This document shows positions 38,560 to 51,789 of a stretch of 64,000 nt of DNA, piece after piece. A program made the position numbers and the translations under genes. Origin of the DNA: Camelus ferus (Eukaryota); contig NC_045696.1 of NCBI RefSeq assembly GCF_009834535.1, positions 92,258,001 to 92,322,000 on the forward strand. Direction: 5' to 3'. Numbering within the stretch: position 1 is the first letter of the stretch; every line of letters starts with the position of its first letter. The notes beneath the pieces are model-generated. The model was not told where the DNA came from, did not search any database, and saw only the letters and a list, made by a program, of their open reading frames with translations.

Positions 38560-39670
38560 TTCGCCCTATCCGCCAATCTCCTTGAGCACGTCTCCTCCTA
38601 TCCCCTTGGGCTCTTATTCTGCCATGATCTCCTCTCTCATCTTCAGTGCCTTGTGTTTTCCTCAAGTCTCTTACACTCTTATAAAAGAAAAACAAAAACA
38701 AAAACTAAACAAATAAAAAACCTCCCTCCATTGTATCCTCCGCTCTCCCATTGCCTTGGCTACCCCCAGACTCTCCCTTCTCTTTCCAGCCAAGTTTACC
38801 CAAGTCCTCCGATCTCAGAGTCTTTCCTTTTACTTCTCGTTACTCTTCAACCAACAACTGTCTAGCTTCTTTCCCGCACTTCATTAGAACTGTGCTCATT
38901 AAAACCAGAGGTGACCTCCCAACGGTCCTTGGCTGTGGTTGCCGGTTTGTCCCCATCTTCTCTAACTCCTCCGTTGGCCTCACCTGTATTTTTCATCCTC
39001 TCCCTCCTGATTATCCTCTGCAGTCTGACCTTTGCTTTCTAATCTTTGCCATGTTGCATCTTCTGTCCCCTGCTGCAGTGTTGGTCTCCAGGGCTGGTCC
39101 TCCACTCTCCTCCCTTCTGTCTCTGCTCTCTCCTCCTGGGGGTGACTTCACCTACTCCAGTGCCTTCTGCTAGTGTTCACACGCTGCCTCTAGCTTGCTT
39201 CTGTGTTCCATTTGAGCATTTCCAATTGCCCGTGGATACCCTGCTGAGCAGGTTATGGGGACCCCAAGCTTACAGAGCCCCACACATAGTAGATGCTCAA
39301 TAAAGAACTATTAAAAGCATAAATGAAAGCCTCCCCAGCATGTAAGACACCGAACTCGAGGCACACAGAATTTCCTGCCATCCCGGCAAAGTTACTTTGA
39401 ATTTCTGTCCTTTTGCACAAGGTTTCCCCACTATCATCTTTTCCTTCAAGTGCCTACTATGCTGCCTGTTTTTCCTTCAAATATCAATTCAAGCATTACT
39501 TCTGCTGGGAATCCTTCCCTGGGGAACACATACCTGCACATATACAGCACACACACATAATTTATTTTCTTTTGCCTCTGGGATGCCATAATACCTTATA
39601 ATTCATTTTTAAAAGAATTATAACACTTATTTTGAATTGCTTAATTATATTTTGGTTCGTGTCACCAGAC
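38560..39670 (+). mobile_element. LINE-2 fragments
   Basis: Pyrimidine-rich L2 body, with 3' end 'cacacatagtagatgctcaataaagaactattaa' at ~39290. Confidence 0.6.
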
Positions 39671-39679
39671 AACAAACAG

Positions 39680-39870
39680 GTTCTGGTCTTATCTCTGCCC
39701 CTCACCAGCCGCATGACGTTCCTCAAGTCATTTAACTTCTTGGAGCATCATTTTCCCCACCTAATGATTAGAAGCAGTAACACCAGCCCAGTTTCCATCA
39801 TGGAAGCAGCTTGGAATGAGAGGCTGCATACGGATGGGCTTAGTAAATGCTACAAAGGAGAGTTGTAGCT
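39680..39870 (+). mobile_element. MIR
   Basis: 'ctctgcccctcaccagccgcatgacgttcctcaagtcatttaacttcttggagcatcattttcccc'. Confidence 0.65.
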
Positions 39871-40224
39871 TCTGCAAGGAACAGAGAGTCATAAAAAGTG
39901 CATTTTATTCCTTATTCTGCTGCTCATCAGCCCTGTGAAACTAGAGTTACTTTTTGTGTTAGAAGAAATCTGGGTTGTGGAATAGGGGAGACAATGCATG
40001 CAACATTGCTTTGTAAAGTGTGAAGGTCTAATGCAATGCACTGTTACTTTATTATTATTTTGTCTTAAGTGACCTATTCTGAACACAAAACCAAATGAAA
40101 CTACATCAGTGCAATGGTCAATAAAGGGAGAAGTAAGGGAGACTTACACGTTGAGTATAGCCCTTGTACATTTATATCACAGGAGTGACGTCGGCTTAAC
40201 ATTTTAAATTTATGTTGCCTATCA

Positions 40225-40460
40225 TGAGAGCTCACTTTTACTGAGCACTTAACTTAAACTGCATTAAAAAAAAATCTAACCTTTACAACAAGGTATTGAA
40301 GTAGGTATCGTTAATACCCCCACTTTATACATAAAGAAAAGGCACAGGAAAGTTGAGTAACTTGGCCAAGTCAAACAGGTGTAAGTGGCAGAGCCAGGTG
40401 TGGCACCCACGTCTGTCTCAACAGGGCTGAAGTCCGTGCCACTCACCGCTGCCCTCTGCC
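40225..40460 (-). mobile_element. MIR
   Basis: 'gtaggtatcgttaatacccccactttatacataaag...gagtaacttggccaagtc...gtaagtggcagagccagg'. Confidence 0.75.
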
Positions 40461-40889
40461 GCCCGTCCCCAGTGGGAAAGGCAAAGGACCACGGGCTCCG
40501 AGACTCACTGATGCTGAGGGCTTGCCGCTGATGGAGTCCTGCTTGCAGTTCTCTACCCCATGGGCCATAAAGGCTGATACCTCTGCTGTCGTTTTCCCCA
40601 CAGAAAGCTTTTGGACAGGAACTACCTAGTGTTAAGAATTAAACCTCATTACTGGTGTACCTTCTAAAAAATGCTGTTTGTCAAATAAACGCTTGCTATT
40701 TGCAAACTGTCATAAACAAATCAAGCTTCCCAAGACAAGTAAAATGTCCTCCAAGTGAGGTTTAAATGCTCAGCTAACTCAGGAGTTCATGGCCAAAATT
40801 TAGTCCAGAGAGGAGACAGAAGTTAGTCTTTCACTCCTCCATCCCTATATTTCTCTTTCTACTTTAAGGCAGCATGTTCCCAGCAGAGT

Positions 40890-41195
40890 CACAGAATCAA
40901 GAGTTGAAGAATAGGAAGGTTCTCAGATACTCATCCAACCCTGTTCTTTGAGAAACTGAAGCTCAGAGAGGTTAAGTGAGTTTCCTAAGGCCACACAGCT
41001 GGTTAGCATCTGGTCACTGCCTATTGGTGAGTAACCTTTAAGACCTAAATCATCCAATGTTCACAACAGCTCTATAAGGTAGGTACTGTTAAATTATCTC
41101 CCCCATTTACAGGTGAAGAAACTGAAGTATCAAGATTGGGTAACTTGCCCAGTGAAAGCAGAGCCAGGAGTCTACCCCAGGCCATTGGCTCCTCT
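40890..41195 (-). mobile_element. Two adjacent MIR fragments
   Basis: 'gagaaactgaagctcagagaggttaagtgagtttcctaaggccacacagctgg' and 'cccatttacaggtgaagaaactgaag...taacttgcccag'. Confidence 0.75.
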
Positions 41196-42817
41196 TAACT
41201 TCTTCCTTCTCCCAGTCTTTAATGACATACTCCGTTTTCACACAGGACAGCCACAGCTGGGGAGCCTGTCCCTTGCCTGGCCTGCACAGATAAGACAAAG
41301 ACTTTAAGAACCCTCCTCCGATCAGTACCTGAGGTATGTTAAGTCACTTTTGTTTTTGCTTGCCAAGGCTATCCCAGTGGGGCCTGGAAAGGCCACTTGC
41401 TCCAGGCCTGCTGACCATGAACGGCCTCATATTTAGACCTTTGACATTCCTCTTACCGCGGCCAAACATGAAGTCTCAGAGAGACGTAGACAAGGTGGAA
41501 ATAAATGATCTCATCACACAGCCTGACAACAGAGCTCATCTTAAAAACTTAGAGTGTGTTTTTTTAGCATAAATTATTTTGTTGTTCTGTGACAATTATT
41601 TTACACTTTACATTTCATGTTAAAAGGGTGGATTTATGGGATAGAAAGGTTTAAAAGCACTTTAGTTTTGTAACCTTCATTTTTGTATTTCTTCTTATTG
41701 CTCTTACCCTTGAACTCCAAGGTCTCCCTTGAACTCAGAGAGGCTTTGACTCTTACTTCCTGAAGCCTCTCCAAATTATTATTTGTGGAAAATAAAAGTA
41801 AGATTAAGCTCTCCATTTAAGGATTGGCTGCAGCAAGGGCGATTTAATCTGACCAGGTTTCACATACCCTGGCTCTCAGGAAATTTCCAAGGCTTTTTTG
41901 GTGTTCTTCCCCCACCCAACTGTAATTGTTTTTCAGTAGAAAAAATTGCTTTGAGGATTTGCCCTGTTCTGTTGCGTTGAAATAACAAAAGAAGACAGTT
42001 TCAGCTGCTCAGCTGCCTTGAAATCTTCCGTTTAGACTAGAAGCTCAGAACTGCCTGTGTTTTCCAAGTTAGGAAGCTACTAACTGGTCAGCTGCTGCCC
42101 TTTATAATAAATTTTATAATAAAATATTCCCCTTTCTGCTAATATGCATTCAGCCCACAAGCACTTATTAAACGTTCACGACGTGCCCGGCATGTGCTGC
42201 CCTCTGGCAGATTGAAGATTTGTAAGAGAGGTAAAACTTGAGGGAGGACTGTGTGTTGTCACCAATTGTTAATCTCCCTTTTCACATTTTATTATTGTAA
42301 TAAGTAACTGTAAGTCTCTGGCTTGCTGGAGACCAGTGAGGTCCTCCAGGACAGAGATGCTGCAAGTAATACATCTTAAACCCTGTGCCTGGTCTCGCAT
42401 AGATGGTCGATGAACATTTGTTTAACGAATGAAAAAAAAGAAACAATCACAAGGTTTTGTCAATACTCTGCTGCAGTAAAATCAGTTTGAGACCATTTTG
42501 AGTATTCTCTAAGGAGCAAAGTTTTAAAGGTTCACTATTTTTTGTTTCATTGCCTTCTGGTTGTTAAGGATAGTTTCTGTGAAAAAAATTGACTTGGACT
42601 CTGTTAACATCGCATGCAGAAAAAGAAATGACCATTATAATTCATTTCAACAGCTATTGGTTATACCGAGTATTTATTATATGCAAAATACTATGAAAAT
42701 TGGGTTTTACTAAAATTGATTCACATCGCAATTCATTTAAACCCTGGTTCCCCTGGTTTATTTATCACAGGGGGAAAAAATCTACCATGAATACCCATCT
42801 TTCAAACTGTACTTCAA

Positions 42818-42990
42818 TTTCTTGTAATGAGCTATAACGGAAAAGATTCTGAAACACACACACACACACACACACACACATATGTCTGTCTGTATAATTG
42901 AATTGCTTTGCTGTACACATGAGACTAACATTTTAAATAGACTACACGTCAATAAAAAATAAGAATCAAAAACAAACAAACAAACAAATT
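42818..42990 (+). mobile_element. Short LINE-1 3' tail containing a (CA)n microsatellite
   Basis: 'tcttgtaatgagctataacggaaaaga...(ca)n...tgctttgctgtacacatgagactaacatt...tcaataaaaaa'. Confidence 0.8.
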
Positions 42991-43249
42991 GCATTTCTGT
43001 TATTTTCCAAAAGCTGTTGTAGACCCTTGTCTGAGGTATCTTATTTTTCTCTAAGTGGAATCACGTCTCGGGAAGTGAAACAACAGTGTCAGCAGGCGAG
43101 ACGATGTCCAGAGGAAGATGGGAGTATTGACCGGCTCAGGGAATTTCAGCAGAGGAGCAGAATGGGGGAGGGCAGGGGCTGGGAGGGGAAAGGAACCAAC
43201 CTTTGCTGAATGAACCTCCCTATTTGACTTGACCCTCACAGGCATCCTG

Positions 43250-43400
43250 TGGTGACCACTGTAGATCTCAGGTTTTTCAGATAAGGAAACTGGAGCTCAA
43301 GCGGTTAATCTTTGCAAAGTCACAGAGCTGGTAAGTGGTAAGGCTGAGATTTGAACCCAGGTCTGCTGCCTCCCAGGGCCATATTGCTCTCTAACCAATT
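43250..43400 (-). mobile_element. MIR
   Basis: 'ttttcagataaggaaactggagctca...gtcacagagctggtaagtggtaaggctgagatttgaacccaggtctg'. Confidence 0.85.
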
Positions 43401-43699
43401 TCCTTGACTCCTTGAGGGGGATGGTGGGAGAGGCACAATTCAGGGAAGGCTTTAATTCCTCAACCCTAGAGGTCAGGGATCGACCCTCGGCTTCTTTTGT
43501 CTCTGGTCTCCCTCCCTTTCCAGTGACCTGGTTCAGTCCTGTACATCGGTTTCTGCTAGAAGGATTCTGAATGAACAAATACCATTCCAGAGCCCTCATC
43601 CTTCTTAGTGCCCTGTGGCATTAAAAACACGTCCTTGGAGTGCTTAATTTTATAATCCTGGCACTGAGCTTTTGGTATTACTGATTATTTCAGTGCTAA

Positions 43700-44065
43700 A
43701 AAGAGAGAAAGATAAATATTGTATGATAGCACTTTTATGTGGAATCTAAAATGTAGCAGAAATGAACTTACTTATAAAACAGAAACAGACTCACAGACAT
43801 AGTAAACAAACTTATGGTTACCAAACGTGTGGGGGAAGGGATAAATCAGCAGTATGGGATTAGCAGATATGCATTACCATATATAAAACAGATAAACAAG
43901 AAGGATTTGCTGTATAGCACAGGGAACTATATTCAAGATCTTGTAATCACCTATAATGGAAAAGAATTGAAAAAAAAAAAAGAATGTATGTGTATCTGAC
44001 GTACTTTGCTATACACCTGAAAGTAATATAATATTGTAAATCAACTATTCTTCAATAAAAATTTT
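43700..44065 (+). mobile_element. LINE-1 3' end (same type as 35335)
   Basis: 'tgtggaatctaaaa...aaaacagaaacagactcacagacatagtaaacaaacttatggttacc...ctgtatagcacagggaactatattcaa...ttcaataaaa'. Confidence 0.9.
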
Positions 44066-45039
44066 CAAAAATCATATATTTCAAAAAATATTTTCAGGCA
44101 GAAATAATACATTTCATGATAACTTACAAATTATTTTACTTCACAACCCCACTGTTAACTTTTTGAAGCTGTATTTCAAAGACCTCTTGTTTTGGTCTTT
44201 GCTTTTCTCCCTGACCTTGTCCCATAAGCCTCCTTCCCTGAGTAGCTCCAACAGCCCTGACCTGTGAGGATCAGTACTGACCTCAGAGGAGGAAGAGTGT
44301 AGGTGTTGATCCAGCTCAAGGTCAACTCCTCCTGCTCTCCTAGCGCCAAAATTCCGCAGCACTGGCTGTCCGAACGGAGGGGGTAGTTTTACCTCTATAC
44401 TGGGAAATTTCTGTAAGAGGCACAGACTGCCTGAGGGAATTCAAAGTGAAATCATTCTATTGTCCCTGTTTCTGAAAACTTTAGTTTTAAGTGCAAACAG
44501 CCTTATTGATATTTAGCATATCTTTGGCCTTTAAAACCTGACTTGTCTGTAATTTTTTTTTTTATTTCTAAGAGTTAATCTGCTATGATGTGATGGAACA
44601 ATGTGAGAACTGACAAAAACATTAAGATAATGTAAGACAAATGAATGTGAAAGTTTGAACATAAATTTTATGTAGGACAAAACTACCATTTTTCCCCTTA
44701 AATATTTGTTTAAACTTAACTACATCAGTTCTCTATGACTGAGTGTATAAGGTCCAAGAGTCTCTGTGGATTCTGTTTTCTGAACTGTGTCAAAGAAGCT
44801 CTCCCTGTAAACCCAGGGGCTTCTCCTACAATGAGATGTGAGTTTAAAGCACACATCCTCATTTGGTGAGGTTTGGAGAAGGAGCTGGGCTAGCAGTTTC
44901 TTCCTTTTTCCGTTTATTATTTAATTCTTCCCTACCAGCCTCTTAAAAAAAATTTTTTTTTTGTAGGTTTACAATGCAAGCTGTGCATTTCTGTTCCACC
45001 TGGAGCTGGAGAGAATGAGCACACAGATATCTTCTGCCC

Positions 45040-45570
45040 CAGCGATGCTACTACGATTTATGTTAGAGAAATGAATACATCTGCTCACAAAAATATATGA
45101 ACAAGAATGTTCATGGTGGCTTTTAAATAATAACTCATTGCAAACAACCCTAATGTCCATCAACAATAAAATGAATAAGTAAACCATGGTATATAATGGA
45201 ATGTCATCCGGGAATGAAAAAGATCAAACCATTGACATACACAACAGCACGGATGAATCTCAGACCTGCAATATGATGCAAAAGAAGCCAGACCCGAAAG
45301 GCTACATTCTGTTTGATTTCATTTATGTGAACTTTCAGAACAAGGAAAACTAATACATGGCAGTGGAAATCAGAATAGCGGTTACCTCTGGGGAGGTGGT
45401 ATTGACTGGGAAGAGGTATGAGGGAAGCATCTGGGGAGATGGAGACGTTATTAGGTCTTGACCTGCCTGTGTTCCAGGAGTGTCTACAGATGAAAAGATT
45501 TATCAAGTTGTGCATTGAATATATATGCACTTTATCACATGTAAGTTATATATCAATAGAAATATTAATG
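45040..45570 (+). mobile_element. Old LINE-1 3' fragment (L1MB/ME-like)
   Basis: 'acaagaatgttcatggtggc...aatgtccatcaaca...gatgaatctca...aaagaagccagac...cagaatagcggttacctctgggg'. Confidence 0.8.
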
Positions 45571-46056
45571 AAAGAAACAAAATTGTAGTGAGAAAAACTA
45601 TCCATCGATGCTTTACCAAGAAGTTTGGGGATGTAATTATTTCTGCATTTCCTTTGCTAAGGGGAAAATTCTGCACCGTTTTGTGTACTAGACATTGTGT
45701 TAGCAGTTTTATCTTCCCTTTTAATTCTCACTCCTACCTGGGAGTTGTGCAGAACAGTATAGGTTAATTAGTCTGAAGTGACACTGCAAATAGACGTCAG
45801 AGTGGGACCTGCAGCCAGGACGTGTTGGTGCCAGGAAGGGTGCCCTTTCCACTCATCGAGCTGCTTTCCTACTTTATTTGCAAATAAACATAAACAAGCA
45901 AAGGGTGAAGCTCTTTCCAAACAACAAGCAAGAGTAGAAGACAACAGAGGGTCTTCATCAGAAGACACTCTGACCCTCTTTGGGTGGCTCACCATGTTCA
46001 CTTTATGTACAGATTGACTCCTTGAGATTTCAGGGGCACAGGGCACTGCTCCTTCC

Positions 46057-46267
46057 AAGGTTGCCAGATAAAATACAGGATTCCTGGTTAAACTTGAATT
46101 TCAGACAAACAACAGATAATTTTTTTTAAATATAAGTTTGTCCAAAGTATTACACAGAGGATGTTTATACTGAAAACTTATCGGTGATTTATCTAAAGAT
46201 CCAAATTTATCTGAGATCCAAATTTAACTAGGCAATTGTGGTTTTATTCGCTAAATTTGGAAACTTA
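46057..46267. mobile_element. MER53 palindromic hAT MITE
   Basis: 'ggttgccagataaaatacagga...ttaaacttgaatttcagacaaacaac' mirrored by 'gatttatct...ccaaatttaactaggc...ttttattcgctaaatttggaaac'. Confidence 0.85.
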
Positions 46268-47534
46268 CCCTGCTTCTAGCCCATCTTTTTTCATGATACA
46301 CATCCATCCTAAAGCCTTTCATTTCACATTCAGAGCTTAGGTGTAACTAACCAAGCAAACATACAATCACAACCTTGAAGGAGTTTTGATGAGGAAAGGA
46401 GAATTGTGGAGCCCTGGGGCTCAGGGTAGGGAAAGGGAAATTTTGCTGCCGAAACTTTTGTTTCATTCATTTTTTTGCTGAAAGAACTTTAAACTTCAAG
46501 AAATGGGGGAAGAAAGATCGCCTAGCTTTGTAAACGAATTATGACAGAGCCCCTTTGCACTTCTGGTTTATCTGTCTGCAGTGTTGGAGGTTGGGTGGTG
46601 GAGGGTTAAACACTGGGTCCCACTTATCCCTTCATGGTGTTGTGTCATTTCCCTTTGGCAACTTGTTAAGCAAAATGAAGAGTCTCCTCAAAACTGCCAA
46701 CTACTAAAACAGCACCAGCTGCAATTTTTGAATTATCGATTTTTTGAGGGATGATTGATTTTTCATATTCTCCAGACAGCTTCTTTTATAAATAGATGAT
46801 TTGTGTCACGGTAGTCAGGTTCGTCTGAGATGCCGCTTACCAGGGAGGGGGATTGTTAAGGGTACTTATCATTCATGCAAAGGACTTCTATGAACTACAG
46901 AAGTTTCTGAAGTTTTTCCATTTAAATTCAAGAATCTAATCAACCTGGCCAGGTATCGGATTAGCCACAATGACACAATTATGACTCTCTGCTTCTCTCG
47001 CAGGTTTCCTGCAATTCTCCAGGGACTGGGTCCTTTCCTTCTGTTAACTATACGCTTATTCTCAGTAGCTACATAATACTATTTTTGAGAGCTATGTGGT
47101 TTACATGCAAATGCAGTAAAACTTTAAAATGAGACACACACAACCTATATGCTGCATGAGAGTTCACAGTGAGCTAAGTAGTTTCCTGTTTAAATGTTAA
47201 TAAAACAAAACTAAGATGCAGAGATACTGGATTCCCCTTTGACTGGGTAATGTTTCCAAATCATAGCTCTAAATGTGGGCTCAGGTGGCAGGGCAGCCGT
47301 CTTTGCTGCAGGCTCTGGAGTGTTCCTCCTGTTAATTTAAGGAACCAGATACTTGGAATTCTCAATTCCCGATTCAGAGTTCTCCCTCAAACGACCGTAG
47401 GAGATACTATGGCTGTTGAGAGCTGGGTGTTCCTCTGGTGTACTTGCCATTCCCGCTGGAACCATCATGTCCTACTTCACCAACCCCACGACCTCAGGTC
47501 AAAATTCCCTTCTCTATGTTCTTCTTTCTTAATA

Positions 47535-47680
47535 TATGTCTACTGAGCACTTACTGTGGACCAGCCCTCTTCCAGGTACAGGGAATTTGAACAAGGCAGC
47601 CAGCATCCCTACTGTTAAGGAGCTCCTGTTTCAGCAGAGGGGACAAACCACAAATCAGTGACTAAATACATCAGTCCAGG
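47535..47680 (-). mobile_element. LINE-2 3' end
   Basis: 'tactgagcacttactgtggaccagccctcttccaggtacaggga...aaggagctcctgtttcagcag'. Confidence 0.6.
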
Positions 47681-48724
47681 TTTCCTCCCTCTACCATCCT
47701 CTAGCATTGTCCTTCTACACTTTCAGTTTCTGCTCAAAATTCGCCCTCTTTTCACCCTGCCATTTGTTTTAAACATGATAGAAGGAAGGACGGAACAGAC
47801 AGTCTCAAAAGAGAAACTGTAGGCCATAAATGTTGACTATTTTCCATCTTCAGTTTTCATCAAAATGCCATATTGCACGCATGTTGCACACACTGTGCTG
47901 TTTGTACATCAGTTATAATAATTTTTGTCAACATTTGAGAGCCAAGAACATCTACCATCTTTCATTAACTTTTATGTCGAGGGCCAAGTAGGGAACAAAA
48001 TACTAAGTGCTCGATAGAGAGAAAGAGAAAAGCTGGGGGGAGGCGCGAGTTCCCCTCCTGTCCCAGTCTTTCTGAACAGTGAGCCCACCCGGCCGAGCCA
48101 GAAGTGTGTTCACCCCTCACACCCTCCCAGTCCGCACAAACAATTTAATTCCTGCAATTTTTCAAAATGTGTTTGCCTGGGTCATGTCTGGTCTGTATCC
48201 GTTTGGATTGTATGCAGTTGTAAACTCTGAGAGGTTAGGACCTTGTCTATTTTAATTCATTTTGGGAAGGGTGAGGCTGAGTCCAAAGGCTTTGCAAGAT
48301 CGTGTGCAATGAGAAGGAGAAATTCAAGATGGAAAGGCTCAGGCTTTTCCTGACAAAACGGTTTGATGTGTCCTGGCCCCCGAGGCCCTCCCCAAATCCC
48401 AACAGAGAAAGGGCACAAGGCATGGCCTGGCAGAAGCCTAGACTCAAAAGAAGATAAAAAGAAAATATCCAAGTGCGGAAGCATGCAGTCGCTATGATAA
48501 CAATTGTAGAAAAAGTACTGGTGCGTCAGAGCGAACACGGGGAAGGGGTGCCAACTAGGAGAGCTGTCTCAGAAAGGGAGAATTTGGGGGCATTAAAAGT
48601 GCCTTAATAATACTACTGACACTTTGTGGGGCTAAGGGAAGTTTAATGGCAATTAGCATCTTCCTTAGGTCAGGAGGAAGAGGAGCCTCTTGCCCTTTAT
48701 GTCTCCTGTTCTACTCTATACAAA

Positions 48725-48960
48725 TAGTTTTTGACACTATTTACATACCAGACACCTGACACACGTTCTGTCATTTAGCATCCCAACCGTCTTAAGAAAT
48801 AGGTACCACTGCTACCACTGACTCCATTTTTACCATTTAATAAATGAGAAACCAAGAACTTTGGCAAATTGATGGGCATCACAGAGCAAGTAATTGATAG
48901 AGGCAGGATATGAACCCAGGACATGTTAGTTCACAGCCCTGCTCTTAACTCTTACTACAC
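48725..48960 (-). mobile_element. MIR
   Basis: 'aataggtacc...aaatgagaaacc...cacagagcaagtaattgatagaggcaggatatgaacccagg'. Confidence 0.7.
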
Positions 48961-49933
48961 AGCCTGGATTTGGAGCAAGCTCCCTGTTTCTGGGACAACA
49001 AACACTAGAAAAAGCCTGAATTTCCTCTTCCTTTTCTCAGCTCTGATCTAATTCCCTCACGTAACTCTTACTGTTCATTTTGAGAAAGGACAATCCACAT
49101 TCTCACCACTGATGGATTGTGTTTGATATTTAGTTTTGATTTTACTTCCTTCCTGCATGTCATCCTTCCTATGACCTCTCCTTGGACACCCCCTTCCCTG
49201 ACAGTCAAGTATAAAGATACTTTTAATACTTTAGATGTTTGAACATTGCCTCTTTTTCCCATTCAGAGGCTGTGTTTATTTGTGTCTCTGCTTTAAACCA
49301 CACAAAGGCATCCTCATTTCTGTGCTGAGGGGCACCTACGCCAGATTAATTCCTAATGCATGTGGTCATGAGCTGATGATCATTTGATATTCATCAAAGG
49401 ACATGGTTTCATGCTCAGCTGAGGTCTGAGGGGAGAACTGCTGACATGAAAAATGGACTTAGCTTAACTAGAACTAAGCACTCTACCCTGGTGTTCAAAT
49501 ACAACTCATTTATCACAAAAACATCTCAATTGCTCAGAAGAGGGTAAAGGACCATGCAAGTTTAGACTCTTAATTGTCCAACTCAGCCTGAAGCCAGAGG
49601 AAGGGAACAGATTGCCTCTGATACTTCCTTCAGATTGATAATTCTGTACCCTCTTCGCCATGCTACCCTGGCCATCACTCTTAACAATACAAGAATTGAG
49701 CAGGTAGTGCTAGAGAGAGTGCTAAGTATTGCATAGAACAGACAGAAAATAAGCATTCAAATGTCAAGTGTATAAGCAAAATGCACCTGGGCCACCACAC
49801 TGGACTTGCAGTTTGTCACTTGTGTTTAGCTGTTGAAATGGAAGTGGAGTCGTGAGTCCTGTCTTGGAGCATTCTAGTCTTGAAGGACATGAGCTGTTGT
49901 TGAGATTCTGCACCATTCCACGTAGTTACCTTG

Positions 49934-50393
49934 CAAAGGGTACCAGAATATGCCACCCTAAAATGTGCCACTATGGCACATGGATTATTTTGAGCTGAAG
50001 GGAATCAAGACCCAGGAGATTCAGGAAAAACTGTTACCTCTTCTTTGACTGTCTGAAAGAATTTAGACGGGGGGGTCTGGCCCCCAAAAGGAGCTAATAC
50101 CAGAGAGAATTTTTATCAGAAAGACTTAAAAGCAGGGTGAGCAAACATTGGCTCTTCTTATCTTCCTGTGACTTACCCTCCTCCCCTTTGAAGCCCCAGG
50201 CCCCTCGCCCTTCCCCTAGCTCAGGGTGGCACAGAAGCCTCAGATTGCCTGACTGCCTTTGGGTCTCATATTTTTATAGGCTGCCATATGTACAAAAATA
50301 AATTTTTCTCCTATAATCTATCTTAAGTCGATTTTTATTGTTTGACTAGCCACAGAACCGAAAAGCGTAGAAGGAAAATTTTCCTCCCCTACA
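49934..50393 (+). mobile_element. ERV1 solo LTR, MER34-like
   Basis: 'accagaatatgccaccctaaaatgtgcc...ggattattttgagctgaagg' start, AATAAA at ~50297, end 'ttttcctcccctaca'. Perfect 4-bp TSD CTTG at 49930-49933 and 50394-50397. Confidence 0.9.
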
Positions 50394-51221
50394 CTTGTAA
50401 ACATTTCTAACTATGATAAAAATGAGTGTTGAAGTGTAGAATTCACAGATGTCTTAACACTTACTCCTGCATTAAGCACTATGCTTGATCAGATTCAACT
50501 GGATTATTCATAAATGAGCAGATAAAATGCTAAATGAAAACAGCTTCAGTTAATAATATAATTGGTTTTGGCTGGACATACAGTCAGAGAAGCAAAAACA
50601 AATGAACAAATGGGTAATTACCCAAAGTACTAAAATCTTCAAGGTTGAACCTGATAAGGTATAACCGCTTAAACTGTGGCATTTGAAATAAGTTTCCCAA
50701 AGAGTTATCTATTTTTACCTGATACACATTAGTGTTATAAATTTTCAATGTGATCTGGGGCTAAATTAATTCATTTTTCTGAGACAAGGTGATGGTTTCT
50801 CTAGTTAATCTAATTAACCTCACATCGGGCATCCAGGCACTCACACTGGAGCGCCAGTTAAACAGATCTGTTGTCACTGCTCTTCTGTGGCAGTTCAGGG
50901 GACGATATCTTGACTCTTGATTCACATGACCAGAAAATCAGCTTCCACAGGCCACACCTGAGACGGATTTGAGACCAGAACCGGAATTCTCAGATTGGAC
51001 TGCTCTCACTCTCAGAATCGTTGTCTGGCTCCTAATGAATTTACCAACAGAAGACATAACCACAAAGAAGTTGTTCAAAGTTGGTGTGAGAGTAAAATTC
51101 TAAATAGCACTTTTTTCCTAGAAGACAGTAGGCGCATAATTAAATAAAATGCTCTGGAGAGTAAATATTCCCCCCTCTTTATTCAATGATAATAGAGATA
51201 ACTCAAATGCCAACGCAACCC

Positions 51222-51450
51222 GTAATAGTGTGTATCGCCGAGTATTAGTTCTGGGTCCTGTGCTTTTGTAAGTACTTTACATGGATTACCCCAATCCTCA
51301 CGTCAAGGTATGATGCAGATAATATTTCCAATTTTCAGATGAGGAAACTGAACTACAGAGAGAGCTCAATTAAGGTCATGTAATTAGTCAGGATTAAAAC
51401 CCAGACAATTTGTCCCCAGCAATCTTGCCCTTAAGTTTGATGCCACACCG
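51222..51450 (-). mobile_element. MIR
   Basis: 'aagtactttacatggattacc...attttcagatgaggaaactgaa...ggattaaaacccag'. Confidence 0.75.
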
Positions 51451-51669
51451 TTTCAAAAACAGCAGGAATATAAAGGTTTGATACTTCATCGGACGTTCGA
51501 GTTCACATGAGCACAGGATAGATGCTAAGGTTTTCCTTTGCATTTGACTGTTCCTTCACTCCTCTTTCCTACCTACAGAGTTGTCTGTGATTACAATAGC
51601 AATCACCCATCAATTTAGAAAATTGTGCAGAAGAGCATAAATAGGAAATGACCCTCCAGTGTTAAACAG

Positions 51670-51775
51670 GGAGACAGACAGACAGATACGAATAGATGTA
51701 CATGTAGATGTCAATATACAGATATAGATGGACAGACAAGTCCAGGTAGAGAGAGATGATAGGTAGATGGATAAA
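51670..51775 (+). repeat. Degenerate (GACA/GATA)n simple repeat
   Basis: 'agacagacagacagatacgaatagatg...agatatagatggacagac...gatgataggtagatggata'. Confidence 0.6.
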
Positions 51776-51789
51776 GCTCCATAAAAACA

